DNA of 64,000 nt from positions 98,180,409 through 98,244,408 of the forward strand of contig NC_083413.1 of the NCBI RefSeq assembly GCF_020745735.1, given 5' to 3'. The position numbers and the translations under genes were made by a program. The stretch's first letter is position 1. Each line of letters starts with the position of its first letter. The notes under the pieces are model-generated. The model saw nothing but the letters and a program-made list of their open reading frames with translations. It was not told the DNA's origin and did no database searches. Below are positions 13,240 to 24,594 of the stretch, in pieces. This DNA comes from Hemiscyllium ocellatum. Lineage: Eukaryota.

Positions 13240-14140
13240 CCAGACCCAAGTATAAAACAGGAAACATTATCTCCTGCTGTGGAAAGACAACCTGAACACA
13301 GAGCAGATTTACTTTAATGATAATTTAACCCCTGAAGTCAAATAACTAGGATAAGTTAAGCAAGTACAAAAAAAATGCATTATGGCACAGAAAGGGTCCC
13401 ATCAAATCCAAGCTGGCTCTCTGTGCAGAATCCCATATTCTCATTGTCCATCTGTCCCCAAAACCCTGCAAGTTTATTTCCCTCTGATGTGATATAATTG
13501 TATTCTTTAATCATTGACCATCTCTACTTTCACCACTATTACAGGCAGCATGTTCTGTATATTTCCAGCCAATACAGTCAGTGGGAACACTTGCTCATCT
13601 CCCACTTTCTCAAAACGTTACAGCTGATCTTAAATCTTGTGCCATTCCCAATCGAATACAGTTTTTTAAAATTGTCTGTTCTATCTAGATCTGTTGTAAT
13701 CTTATCCATTTTAATCGATAAAAATATATTCAACTTGATTTCTTCAAAGAAAAAGCAATTTTTCTAAATCAATCCAGAGACTGCATTTTCTTCATCAGTG
13801 AACCACTCCACTAAGTCTATACTCCACACTCTGAAGATCCCTCATATCCTTCCTGACCAGGAATCTGTTGACCAGAATTGAATATAATGATTGACTGTAA
13901 CCTAACCAGTCCAAGAAATTATTTCCATGAGTTTGTTCTCATTCCCTTTATTAATGAAGCCCAGGGTCCCATATGTTTTGATCAAAACTCATTGATTATG
14001 TCCTCTCTCCTTTAAAGGTTTGTACACATTGTCCCCCAATCCCTCAGTCTTTATTCTTTGTGTCTGTGCCATTCAAATATATACTCCCTTTCTACATTCC
14101 TTCTCTCAAAATGCAACAACTTACTGTGTGTTCTAAATAA
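13240..14140 (+). repeat. Tandem duplication block Y copy 2 (empty LTR site)
   Basis: Aligns with 8205-9865 minus the 8822-9549 insertion. Confidence 0.85.
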
Positions 14141-14619
14141 AAATTAACGCTTGCTCCACACATTCTATCCCCTGGAAAACAGAACAGGACAGCACCAGAA
14201 TAATCGGCCCACCATGTGTGTGCGGACCATGGTGCCATTCCAAACTAATTCCATCTGCCTGTACATCATCCATATCCCTGCCAACCCACGCCTGCTTATG
14301 TGAGTGTCCAAATACCTCTTAAATGTTGTGATTGTTTCTGCTTTTGACACCTCCCAGGAGAGTGCATTCTGGTCATCTCCCACCTTTTGCATAAGAAAAT
14401 TGCCTGACACAACTCCCTTTAAACGTTCACATGTTGGAAATGCTCAGCAGGTCTTGCAGCATCTGTGAAGAAAAAAATACGTGAATGTTTCGGGTCCATC
14501 CTCAGAAACATGAACTCTGATTTCTCTTCACAGACGCTGCCATACCTGCTCAGCATTTCCAGAAACTTCTGTTTTTGTTTCTGATTTACATCATCTGCTG
14601 TTCTTTCGGTTTTTATTTT

Positions 14620-15290
14620 CTTTAAACTTGCCCCCTCTCCCCTTAACTGTATGGCCTCTAGAATTTGTCATTTCCACCTTGGAAAAGATTCAGATTATTC
14701 ACTCTATCTGTGCCTGTCGGTCACCCAGCAGCCACCGACTTTCCCAAGACATCAATTCAAGTTTTTCCAACCTCTCTCAATCCAGGCAATATCCTGCTAA
14801 ACCTGTTTTTACCCTCTCCAAAGCCTCCACATCCTCCTTATAATGCGGTGATCAAAACGGCACAAAGGTGGCCTAACTACAGTTTTATATTCAGTCTCCT
14901 CACAAGCCTGCCATCCACCTCCTTCACCACTTTCAGGGAGCTGTGAACTTGCACCTGAAGATCTCTCTCTCTATCAAAGTTGCTTAGGGCCCTTCCATTT
15001 AGTGTATACATTCCTCTTACAATGAGCCTCCCAAAATGCATCACCTCACACTTGTCTGAATTAAAATCTATCCGCATAACTTTCCAACTGATCTCGTACT
15101 TGATGTTTCCTTTAACAACATTCTTCACGATTCACAACTTCCTCACTTTGTGCCATCTACAAACTTGCTAATTAAATTGTTTACACTTTCAGGCTAATCA
15201 TTGATATATTTTGCAAACAACAGATGTCCCAGTTCTGCTCCTTGTGGAACAGAGGTACTGGCCACAGCCCTCCAGCCAGCAACATGCCCC
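14620..15290 (-). repeat. Tandem duplication block X copy 2 (old CR1 RT fragment)
   Basis: Paralog of 12546-13097; CR1-like DFNSDKCEVMHFG in ORF 14877-15128. Confidence 0.8.
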
Positions 15291-15298
15291 TGCACAGC

Positions 15299-18200
15299 TG
15301 TTGCTGGGAGAAATATCGAAGAGGAGCCTTGAGTTCTGTGTTGAGCAGCACGACCAATGTTTATTCAGAGCTCCTTACTAATGCATGATGGGAGAGTTCC
15401 CTCTCTGGAACGCTGTGGCTCCCCCAGCCAAGTCCAACATTTTGATGTATTTCCTTCATACGTTCCAGGAATATTTTCCCCCTGACCCGATCCCCTGGGT
15501 TCAGGATGTCAGCTGGGATGTTTATGAGCTCCCTTTCCCAATTTCTGATTCTCTATCCTTCTGCAAATTCCCCTCTCAGCTCATGCAGTTGCTTTGCCAG
15601 TTCTTTCACAAACTCTATCCTTGTCATTGCACATCTCCAGCCCTCCCACTACCACACCCTCTGGCAGCTGCATAGTCCGTCCAGTCACTAATTCAAAGGA
15701 GAACCCCTTTGCTGGGGTTGACCTCAGTTTCATTAGGTTGGTGGGGAGTACTCTAACCCATCCCTGCCTGTCTCTGTCAGGGCCTGAATCAGACTAACTA
15801 TCAGTGTCTGCTTCATTCCTTCTGCTGTCCCTGAGCTCTGGGGATGGTATGGGGGATGGGATTTCTGTTCAGTACCAAACAGGGCACATAGCTGTTTAAC
15901 TATATTCCCTGTAACATGTGTCCCTTGGTCAGAATCTGCAGGGGAATGCTTCCACCCACTGAGTAAACCTGCTTATTAAGACCCAGCAGGATTTCTTGCC
16001 CTGGTATTGGGATGGGGGTATGTGTAAAATCCATCTGTAATTGTTCCCATGGGCCCCTGGGTCCCTGCTGCTGCCTCCATTTTGTCCTGATTGCTTTCCC
16101 TGGCTCACATTGTGCACAGACTATACCCCTTCGACAAAACCTTGCTGTATCTCTCCCTGTTCCAGGCCACCCCTGTAGTGGGTCATCTGATATTGCATTG
16201 TATCCTGCCCAAGATGTAATAATGTTTGTCTTATACAGTGTGGTGGCACTGCTGGATCATCCAGACTCTGTCTTGTCCCATTACTGCGCCCCCCCCCCCC
16301 CCTTTTTCCTATTCCTCTTTCTCCTGTTGTGGGGCTATTTCTGGGAATGTCTCCAACTTTCCTTTCTCGCTTCTGTAGCGACTGCCACATCCCCAAATGT
16401 CTGCACTGTTTCAGTCAGTATTTCACCTGCCTTACTCACATACTCACTGTCCCATTGTTGTGCAGTTTCTACTTTCCTGTGAGCTCTAATCTTCATTATT
16501 GCTGCTTCACTGGGAAAGTTAGCTGCTTCCACTAATTCTCTGACCTGTTCCTCATGCTCGATGTGGCCCCCAGACAGGGTGATGTTCCGTCACCGAGCCC
16601 AGGCCAACACATGGTCATGAACAATAGGCATGCTGACTGTCTGTTTATATGCTGACTCCCAGACCCCTGGCTAATGTCAGTGCTTGTGTCAGGGCTTGTG
16701 ATGGTTCTACTATTTCTGGATAATTCTCCACAAAAGTCCTCCAATAATTAAACAATCCTAAAGTTTACCTTAACCCCTTCATGGTGTGTGCGCATGGATA
16801 GTTTTAAAATCATGGTCTTTCATTCTGCTGGGACTCTCCCCTCTCCCTTCCTGATTTGATCTCCCTGATATGATGTCCCAGGTACGTCTCTCCCTACCTT
16901 CCCAGTTGCACTCTCTGTGGCTTAATTTTAAGTCCGTCCTGGCTGACCTGACCCAATAGTCTGTTTAATATCCAGATATGTTCCTTCTCACTGACTGAGG
17001 TAATGAGGTGTTGGTAAGATCAATGTGACTAACTCCATCAGCTATACATCGATGGGATATACTGGAATATTGTGGGATCCTTGAGGTAACTGGATCCAGG
17101 TGTACTGTTTTCCTTCAACAGTAAACACCAGCTTATTCTGGCATTCTGGGTACACAGGTATGGATTGGAACCCATTCACAATATCAAGAGCTGAGACTGC
17201 ATCCTGTTGTGATTTCAATACATTAAATATCGCGGCGAGGTTGGCTATTGTAGGTTATTCTTTCGTGACAGATTTATTCAGGGAGGTATAACCAACAGTG
17301 AGGTGGGATGAGCCATCCGGATTCCGTAAATTAGTCTGGGATACTATCAGTCTGACTATTCCCTGCTTCTCTCAATCTGTCACTGTCATATTTACTGCCT
17401 CAGCCCCGGCTTTAATGGGATCCTGTTTGTGTGGGGAGTGAGAGGGCCCTCTATCTTTACAGGACCGACAGATAATTACGCACATTCCTGTTTGAGTTAC
17501 CCACACCACTGAGAGGGTCCTAACTATAACTCCCCAGATTCCCTGACGGTCCCAGTCTCCCTGCAATGCAACTACTCTGTCGCCTCTCCTTTCCTTCCTA
17601 TCTCAGCCCTGACCAGTGCGTCCCCATTTTATATTTCGGGTCCAAACATCAATAATTGCTTCTAACTGTTCTAAAATGGCAACTCCCAGAAGTGGTCCCT
17701 TCTTCAGTTTCACACTCCCATATCTGAATACATTTTGTCATATCCGTGATCTGCATCGGGACAGGTTCGCTTCATCTAGCTTCCTCGGTTCCCCCTCCGA
17801 CTGCTCTCTTTTTATAGTTGTGGGGATTAGGGGTAAATCCATATCCGTAACTGATGTGGATGCTCCTGTATTAACATCATGTGCTGTTGGTCCCAAACAG
17901 CACATCAAGAAACGTTCCTGGGCTATGCATGTGCAGACGTGAACACAGGCCACACACAATGTGAACATCTATCTCCCTCTCTCTGCCTACGTTCCTTGGC
18001 TATGTCCCCTTTCCTGCTTCCCTTGTAACATTGTGGGTCTGGTTACCCTCCCTGTATTAGGGTCCCATGTCATCTTTAAAATACATCAAACCTATTTCAT
18101 CATCACAGATTGGGGTTTGGTAATCACCCATGGTCCTTACACACCTCAGACTTCCTCTCTGTATGATCCTCAATATTACCCTTGGGTCCCTGAGTCACCA

Positions 18201-18915
18201 AGGTTATTTTAGCCCATTCAGCCTGTCACCTCCCCAGTGTGTCCCTGTAATATCTGTAAATGCCTGGAGGCAATGATCGGCTGTGCACTTTGGGGAACTA
18301 GCTCACATCCCCACCCTCTCATTGCAGGGACAGCTTCTGCTGTACACGTCAGGGCATCTTAGCCTGAAAGATCTTGGCCTGACATCATCTTTGGTGAGAC
18401 TGTGTACCTCAACTAATTCATCCATATTCTCCCAATAAGGCCCATTATTCCCATTTCTCCATTAGGCTGGGTGGTCATTCACCAACATCTGTCATTCAGA
18501 CGGGTAAACGGTTCAGGTTTCGTTCCTGTCAGTTCCCTTTGTTGCTCCCTACTGTCTGTACAAGTTTGAGCTTTGATGCCGAGTGGTGCCAGAGACACTG
18601 CCTCCTGGGCCTTACAGAGCAGTGGGTCATCCCACCCATTGCCGACCCTCTGACCATACATGGGCGCTTTGTCGTCTAACCTGTTCCAGTCAGTGTCACC
18701 GTCCTCACTGCCTTCTGAGGAGAGCGGGGCACTAGGTACCTCCCCCACTGTAACTACCATCTGGCCCTTTGGCTTTAAGGCCTCACGTCTGAGAGGCACC
18801 ACCTTCACTTGTTCCTGTTTCCCATAAAAATGTAACATTCCGTCATTCCTGGAATAACACAGAACAAGATGTGAATTTGGTTTGACTTGAAACATTAATA
18901 ATTTGACATTCACTT
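15299..18915 (-). mobile_element. Decayed endogenous retrovirus-like element (gag-pro-pol, partial 3' LTR, no env seen)
   Basis: Minus-strand conceptual translation gives gag with PSAP (ORF 18479-18913) and CCHC-like remnants (~17900-18050), and protease VNTGAS (~17860). RT reads ALDIVNGFQSIPVYPECQNKLVFTVEGKQYTWIQLPQG (~17080-17200) and LGLFNYWRTFVENY (~16720-16760). RNase H reads I*TDSQHA...AAIMKIRAH (~16450-16650). Integrase reads CAQC, WEQLQMDFT, FTQWVEAFP, DQGTHVTG, HPQSSG, PGDRV (15480-16170). An AATAAA-containing end finishes in CA at 15299. Confidence 0.9.
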
Positions 18916-20644
18916 TACATATCTATAGAGGTGATTATTTAAGTGAATTTAATGTAATCATACAATGGAAATAACCCTGATAATCAATGACAATGAATGA
19001 ACTGAATAATATGTGATGATTTGTACCAGTTCTTGCATTGAAGATTCAACATCATTTTAATGTTTGTCACCCATTACACCATGGGCATTATTATTAGGGA
19101 ATAAAGTAATGGGAGGATATCAGAGAAAATAAATAGATTTTAATTTTAGCTTCACTGCAATAATGAACCAAAGCAATATTTTGAAATATGGTTGAACTAC
19201 ATAACAATGTTTCCAGTGTCATTATTGACTTGAGAACTATTTTAGTTTGCAAATTTCTTTGCACTAAGAATAATTGGAAATGAATTATGATTATGAACTG
19301 ACCATTTAAAAAATATTTTAAAGAGAATAACCAGGTATATTTTTTGGAGTAAATTAGGAATGGAAATAAATATGTATACATTGGTATTAATAGTTTTAAA
19401 ATGTTTGGAAGTTGACTGATATTATTTGATTGAGAGAGGCTGCATGATTATAAAGACTAATTCGCCTTTTTCGTTGCATTGTTGGTTTCACTAGAATCTG
19501 TTGTGGTCTGAGCTCTTGTTGTGTGCAATGGACTGTCACTGATAGCTTAATTAACCTACGAGTCTCAGTTCAGGTTTCCTTTGTCTGTAAGTCAGTCTGT
19601 AAGTGTGCGACACACCTGCCTTTCTGAGGGGAAACAGAGATTCTTTTCAAAGGAAATAAGTGGCAGTTGTCACTGAGAATGGTGTCTACCACACACCATC
19701 AACAGGGAAGGGTTTTTCCAAAGAATTCCAATCTCTATCTATAAATCTGATGGTATCTGTGTTTGTCAGTTTGTGGAGGATTCAGTTCCTTTGTTCTGAG
19801 CTGTTTTTATACAAGCAGTTGGTTCATTATGTCTTTGCCAAGAATGTTGTTTACTTTCCCCTTTTACTGTGATTCTGCGGGTTAGAATATTCTGTGAGTC
19901 AATAATGGTCACTAACTGAACATTGAGTGATTTTGACTCTAACAGAGCACTGGCCTTGTTTGCAGCTAATTATTCACTTTTTTTTATTTCCTGGTTGTGT
20001 TGAATGTTACAGAAACAGGCTCTGAGCAATGTTTCCATTCACTTGTGTTGGAGTCACTGACAGCCATGTGGTCAGTTAGCTTCAAGCTGATGGATCAGTT
20101 TCTCTGTCCTATTAGATGGTGGTCACTTGCTCAGTTTCCGATGGCTCACCTCAGTGTCAGTCCATCAGCTGCTGAAACCCTGTATCCAGCATTTGTTCCC
20201 TCTCACCATGACGAATCCAATACAGTCCCAGCTTGTCTCCCACATTCTACCTCCATTACCTCATGATCCCCTCAGATTCTATTCACTGTGTCCTTGCAGC
20301 AAGTTGTGTAAGACACCTATTTCAGTTTTAACCTGATCTATATTATGTTCATGAAGAAAATTTCAAAATTTGGTTCACTGCTTTTAAACCTACCCGTGCC
20401 TTCACCCTGTCCTCCCTGCGTAGTTCCACACCTCCCTGAGGGATCTGCACTTATCCAATTCCAGCTGCGTGACAGGTTCTTATTTTATTCTCCTCCCTGT
20501 TGGTGTCTGTAGTTTCAGCTGCCTTGAACCTAAACTTGGTAATTCTCTTCCCCCATTCCCTTCAATTCTCCTCCATTCTACAGCCTCTCCTTCATTTCTA
20601 CCTGTTTGATCAAGGTTTTTGTTTCCACCGTTAACACTGTCCCT

Positions 20645-20985
20645 TTGTAGCTCAGTAACTGTCCCGTGGTATCATTGCTGAACTGTTCATCCAGAGCTCC
20701 AGGTAATATTCTGGGGACCCTGATTCAAATCCCATCACGACAGATGTGGAATTTGAATTCAATACAAATCTAGAATTATAAGCCTATTGATGAAATTATT
20801 CTTAATTGTCAGGAAAAACCCATCAGAGTCACTGATGCCCTTTAGGGAAGGAAGCTGCCATCCTTACTTGATCTGGCCTACATGTGACTCCTGACCCACA
20901 CCAATGTGGTTGGCTCTTACCTGCCCTCTGGGTAATAAATGCTGCCCATAGCCAGTGGCACCTACATCCCAGTGAATGAATTTTA
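20645..20985 (+). mobile_element. tRNA-derived SINE (same family as 7445-7790)
   Basis: Co-linear similarity to 7445-7790, including the 'gattcaaatccc' B-box-like motif and the body. Confidence 0.7.
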
Positions 20986-20989
20986 AACA

Positions 20990-21420
20990 AAGCGCTCAGT
21001 CCTTGGATCATGTGGGAAAGAAGCAGAAGGTGACCATTCGGCCCCTCGAGCCTGTTCCATCGTTCAATAAGACCAGGCCTGATCTGTTTGTGATTTGTAT
21101 TCCATCTCCCCCCAACATCCCTGAACAAGAATCTATCAACCTGTGTCTTAAAATACTCAGTGAGCCCACCTTCTGGGGCAGAGAGTTCCAAAGTTGCACT
21201 GCCCTCTGATTGGAAACAACTCTCCTCATCTCTGTCCTGAGAGGGTGAACACAATTTTAAAGCAGTTCCCTCTGGTTCAGGAATGGCCCACAAGAGGGAA
21301 CTTCCTTTCCACATCCTCCTTATCAAACCATTCAGGATCTTAGACACTTCAGTGAAGTCACCCCTCACTCTCCCAAACTCCAGCTGAAACAAACCCAGCC
21401 TGTCCAACCGATCCACATTT
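20990..21420 (-). mobile_element. CR1 LINE 3' end fragment
   Basis: ORF 20829-21416 shows RLGLFQLEFGRVRGDFTEVSKILNG, a CR1 ORF2 C-terminus, followed by a CR1 3' UTR. Confidence 0.75.
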
Positions 21421-21994
21421 TATTTCTGTCACGCCGGGTGTGATTGGGATGAAATGTTATGTTTATTATGCAGTAAATGTGTTGCTTCACTCTGCGGTGT
21501 CTGAGAGTTAACATGAGCCATCCTCGCATTCCTGTCTCACTGTTGTACATATATCTTACATCACTGTCGTGTTTCCACCTCCCTCCCTCCCTCCCTCCCT
21601 CCAACCAAAAAAGGAGAGAGATCGAGAAAATCTGTTAGAAAATTGGTTGTCACCTAAATGGTACTGAGTCTGATGGTAGAGATTGCATTGTAATTGAAGT
21701 AACCAGTTAATAAAAATTTACTGACAAGACATTTTGAGAGGGGCTGCTGTGTTGGTGGTGGCAGTGCTGCTGGTTGGTATAAGTGAGGGCCGGTGTGAAT
21801 ACTGGGCTTTGGTGAGAAAGGTGAGCATGGGAAAGGCAAGGTGAGATTCTTTTGTCTTCCTCAATAAGAAGAGGCAGAGATGGCAGTTCGGACAGTGTGG
21901 AGCTGTTTTAATCTTGCAGGCATTCTTTTTTTAAATATTCATTTTCTGTGATGTGAGTGTCACTGGCTTGGCCAGCATTGAGAGCCCATCCCTC

Positions 21995-24510
21995 TGAATA
22001 GTTCCAGAGATGTAGAGGAAAGGATAGCAAAGATGATTCTCGATAGGAGTGAGAGAGACAGGGTAGTTGTCACGGGGGACTTCAACTTTCCAAATATTGG
22101 CTGGAAACACTAAAGTACCAGTACTCTAGATGGGTCAGTTTTTGTCCAGTGTGTGCAGGAGGGCTTCCTGACACAGTATGTAGACAGGCCAGGAAGTGGG
22201 GAAGCCATATTAGATTTGGTACTGGGTATTGAGCCCGGCCAGGTGTTAGACTTGGAAGGAGGTGAGCACTTTGGTGATAGCGATCACAATTCTGTTGTGT
22301 TTATTTTAGTGATAGAAAGGGATAGGTGTATACCACTGGGCAAGAGTTACAGCTGGGGGAAAGGCAATTACAATGCGATTAGGCAAGGTTTAGGAAGCAT
22401 AGGATGGGGAAGGAAACTGCAGGGGATGGGCACATTAGAAATGTGGAGCTTGTTCAAGGAAAGGCTCCTGTGTGTCCTAGATAAATATGTACCTGTCAGG
22501 CAGGGAGGAAGCTGTAGAGCGCAAGAGCCGTGGTTTACGAAGGAAGTGGAATCTCTGGTCAAGAGGAAGGAGAAGGCTTAAGTTAGGATGAGATGTGAAC
22601 GCTCAGGCAGGGCACTTGAGAGCTACATGGTAGACAGGGAAGACTGAAAGAGAGAGCTCGGCAGAGCCAGGTGGAGACATGAGAAGTTGTTGGTGGATTG
22701 GATCAGGGTAAAACCTAAGGCTTTCTATAGGTATTTAAGGAATAAAAGAATGACAAGAGTAAGATTAGGGCCAATCAAGGATAGGAGTGGGAAGTTGTGT
22801 GTGGAGTCAGAGGAGATAGGGGAAGCACTAAATGAATATTTTTCGACAGTATTCACGCTAGAAAACGACAGTGTTATCGAGGAGATTACTGAGATACAGG
22901 CTACTTGACTAGGTGGGATTGAGGTTCACAAGGAAGAGGTATTAGAAATCCTGCAGAATGTGAAAATAGGTCTACTGGGCCTGATGGGATTTATCCTAGG
23001 ATTCTCTGGGAAGCCAGGGAGGAGATTGCTGAGCCTTTGGCATTGATCTTTAAATCATCATTGTCTACAGGAATAGTGCCAGAAGACTGGAGGATAGCAA
23101 ATGTGGTTCCCCTGTTCAAGAAAGGGAGTAGAGTCAACCCTGGTAATTATAGACCAGTGAGCCTTACTTCAGTTGTTGGAAAAGGTTATAAGAGATAAGA
23201 TGTATAATCATCTAGAAAAGAATAATTTGATTATGGATAGTCTGCACGGTTTTGTGAAGGGTAGGTCATGCCTCACAAACCTTATTGAGTTCTTTGAGAA
23301 GGTGACCAAACAGGTAGATGAGATTAAATTGGTTGACGTGGCATATATTGATTTCAGCAAGGCGTTTGATAAGGTTCCCCACCGTAGGCGATTGTACAAA
23401 ATGCAGAGGAATGGGATTGTGGGAGATTTAGCAGTTTGGATCAGTAATTGGCTTGCTGAAAGAAGACAGAGGGTGATGGTTGATGGGAAATGTTCATTCT
23501 AGAGTCCAGTTACCAGTCATGTACTGCAAGGGTCGGTGTTGGGTCCACTGCTGTTTGTCTTTTTTATAAACGACCTGGATGAGGGTGTAGAAGGGTGGGT
23601 TAGTAAATTTGCAGATGACACTAAGGTCAGTGGAGTTGTGAATAGGGACGAAGGATGTTGTAGTTACAGAGAGACATAGATAAGCTGCAGAGCTGGGCAG
23701 AGAGGTGGCAAGTGGAGTTTAATGCGGACAAGTCTGAGGTGATTCACTTTGGTCAGAGTAACCAGAATGCAAAGTACTGGACTTATGGTAAGATTCTTGG
23801 CAGTGTAGATGAGCAGAGACACCTCGGTGTCCAGGTACACAGATCCTTGAAAGTTGCCACCCAGGTTGACAGGGTTGTTAAGGAGGCATACAGTGTTTTA
23901 GCTTTTATTAATAGAGGGATCGAGTTCCGGAACCATGAGGTTATGCTACAGCTGTACAAAGCTCTGGTGCGGCCGCACTTGGAATATTGTGTACAGTTCT
24001 GGTCACCACATTATAAGACGGATGTGGAAGCTTTGGAAAGGGTGCAGAGGAGATTTACTAGGATGTTGCCAGGTATGGAGGGAAGGTCTTTCGAGGAAAG
24101 GTTGAGGGAAGTGATGCTGTTTTCGTTAGAGAGAAGAAGGTTGAGAGGTGACTTAATAGAGACATATAAGATAATCAGAGGGTTAGGCAGAGTGAAAGGG
24201 AGAACCTTTTTCCAAGTATGGTGATGGCGAGTATGAGGAGGCATAGCTTTAACTTTAGGGATGATAGATATAGGACAGATGTCAGAGGTAGTCTCTTTAC
24301 TCAGAGAGTATTAAGGGGATGGAATGCTTTGCCTGCAACGGTAGTAGATTCGCCAACTTTAAGTACATTTAAGTCGTCATTGGACTAGCATATGGACGTA
24401 CATGGAATAGTAGAGGTTAGATGGGCTTCAGATTGGTATGACAGGTCGGCACAACATCGAGGGCTGAAGGGCCTGTACTGCAATGTAATGTTCTATGTTC
24501 TAATCCTTGG
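21995..24510 (+). mobile_element. CR1-clade LINE ORF2 (APE + RT), disrupted, with 3' tail
   Basis: GDFNF, ILDLVLG, DSDHN, DFSKAFDKVPH, QGSVLGP, FADDTK, PHLEYCVQFWSPHY across several frames; tail ending (gttctat)n at ~24500. A second short tail follows at 24510-24570. Confidence 0.95.
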
Positions 24511-24594
24511 CACAACATCATAAGCTGAAGGGCCTGTTCCATGCTGTACGTTTCTATGTTCTATGTTCTGTAATTTCAGATAATCCTCTTAGAC

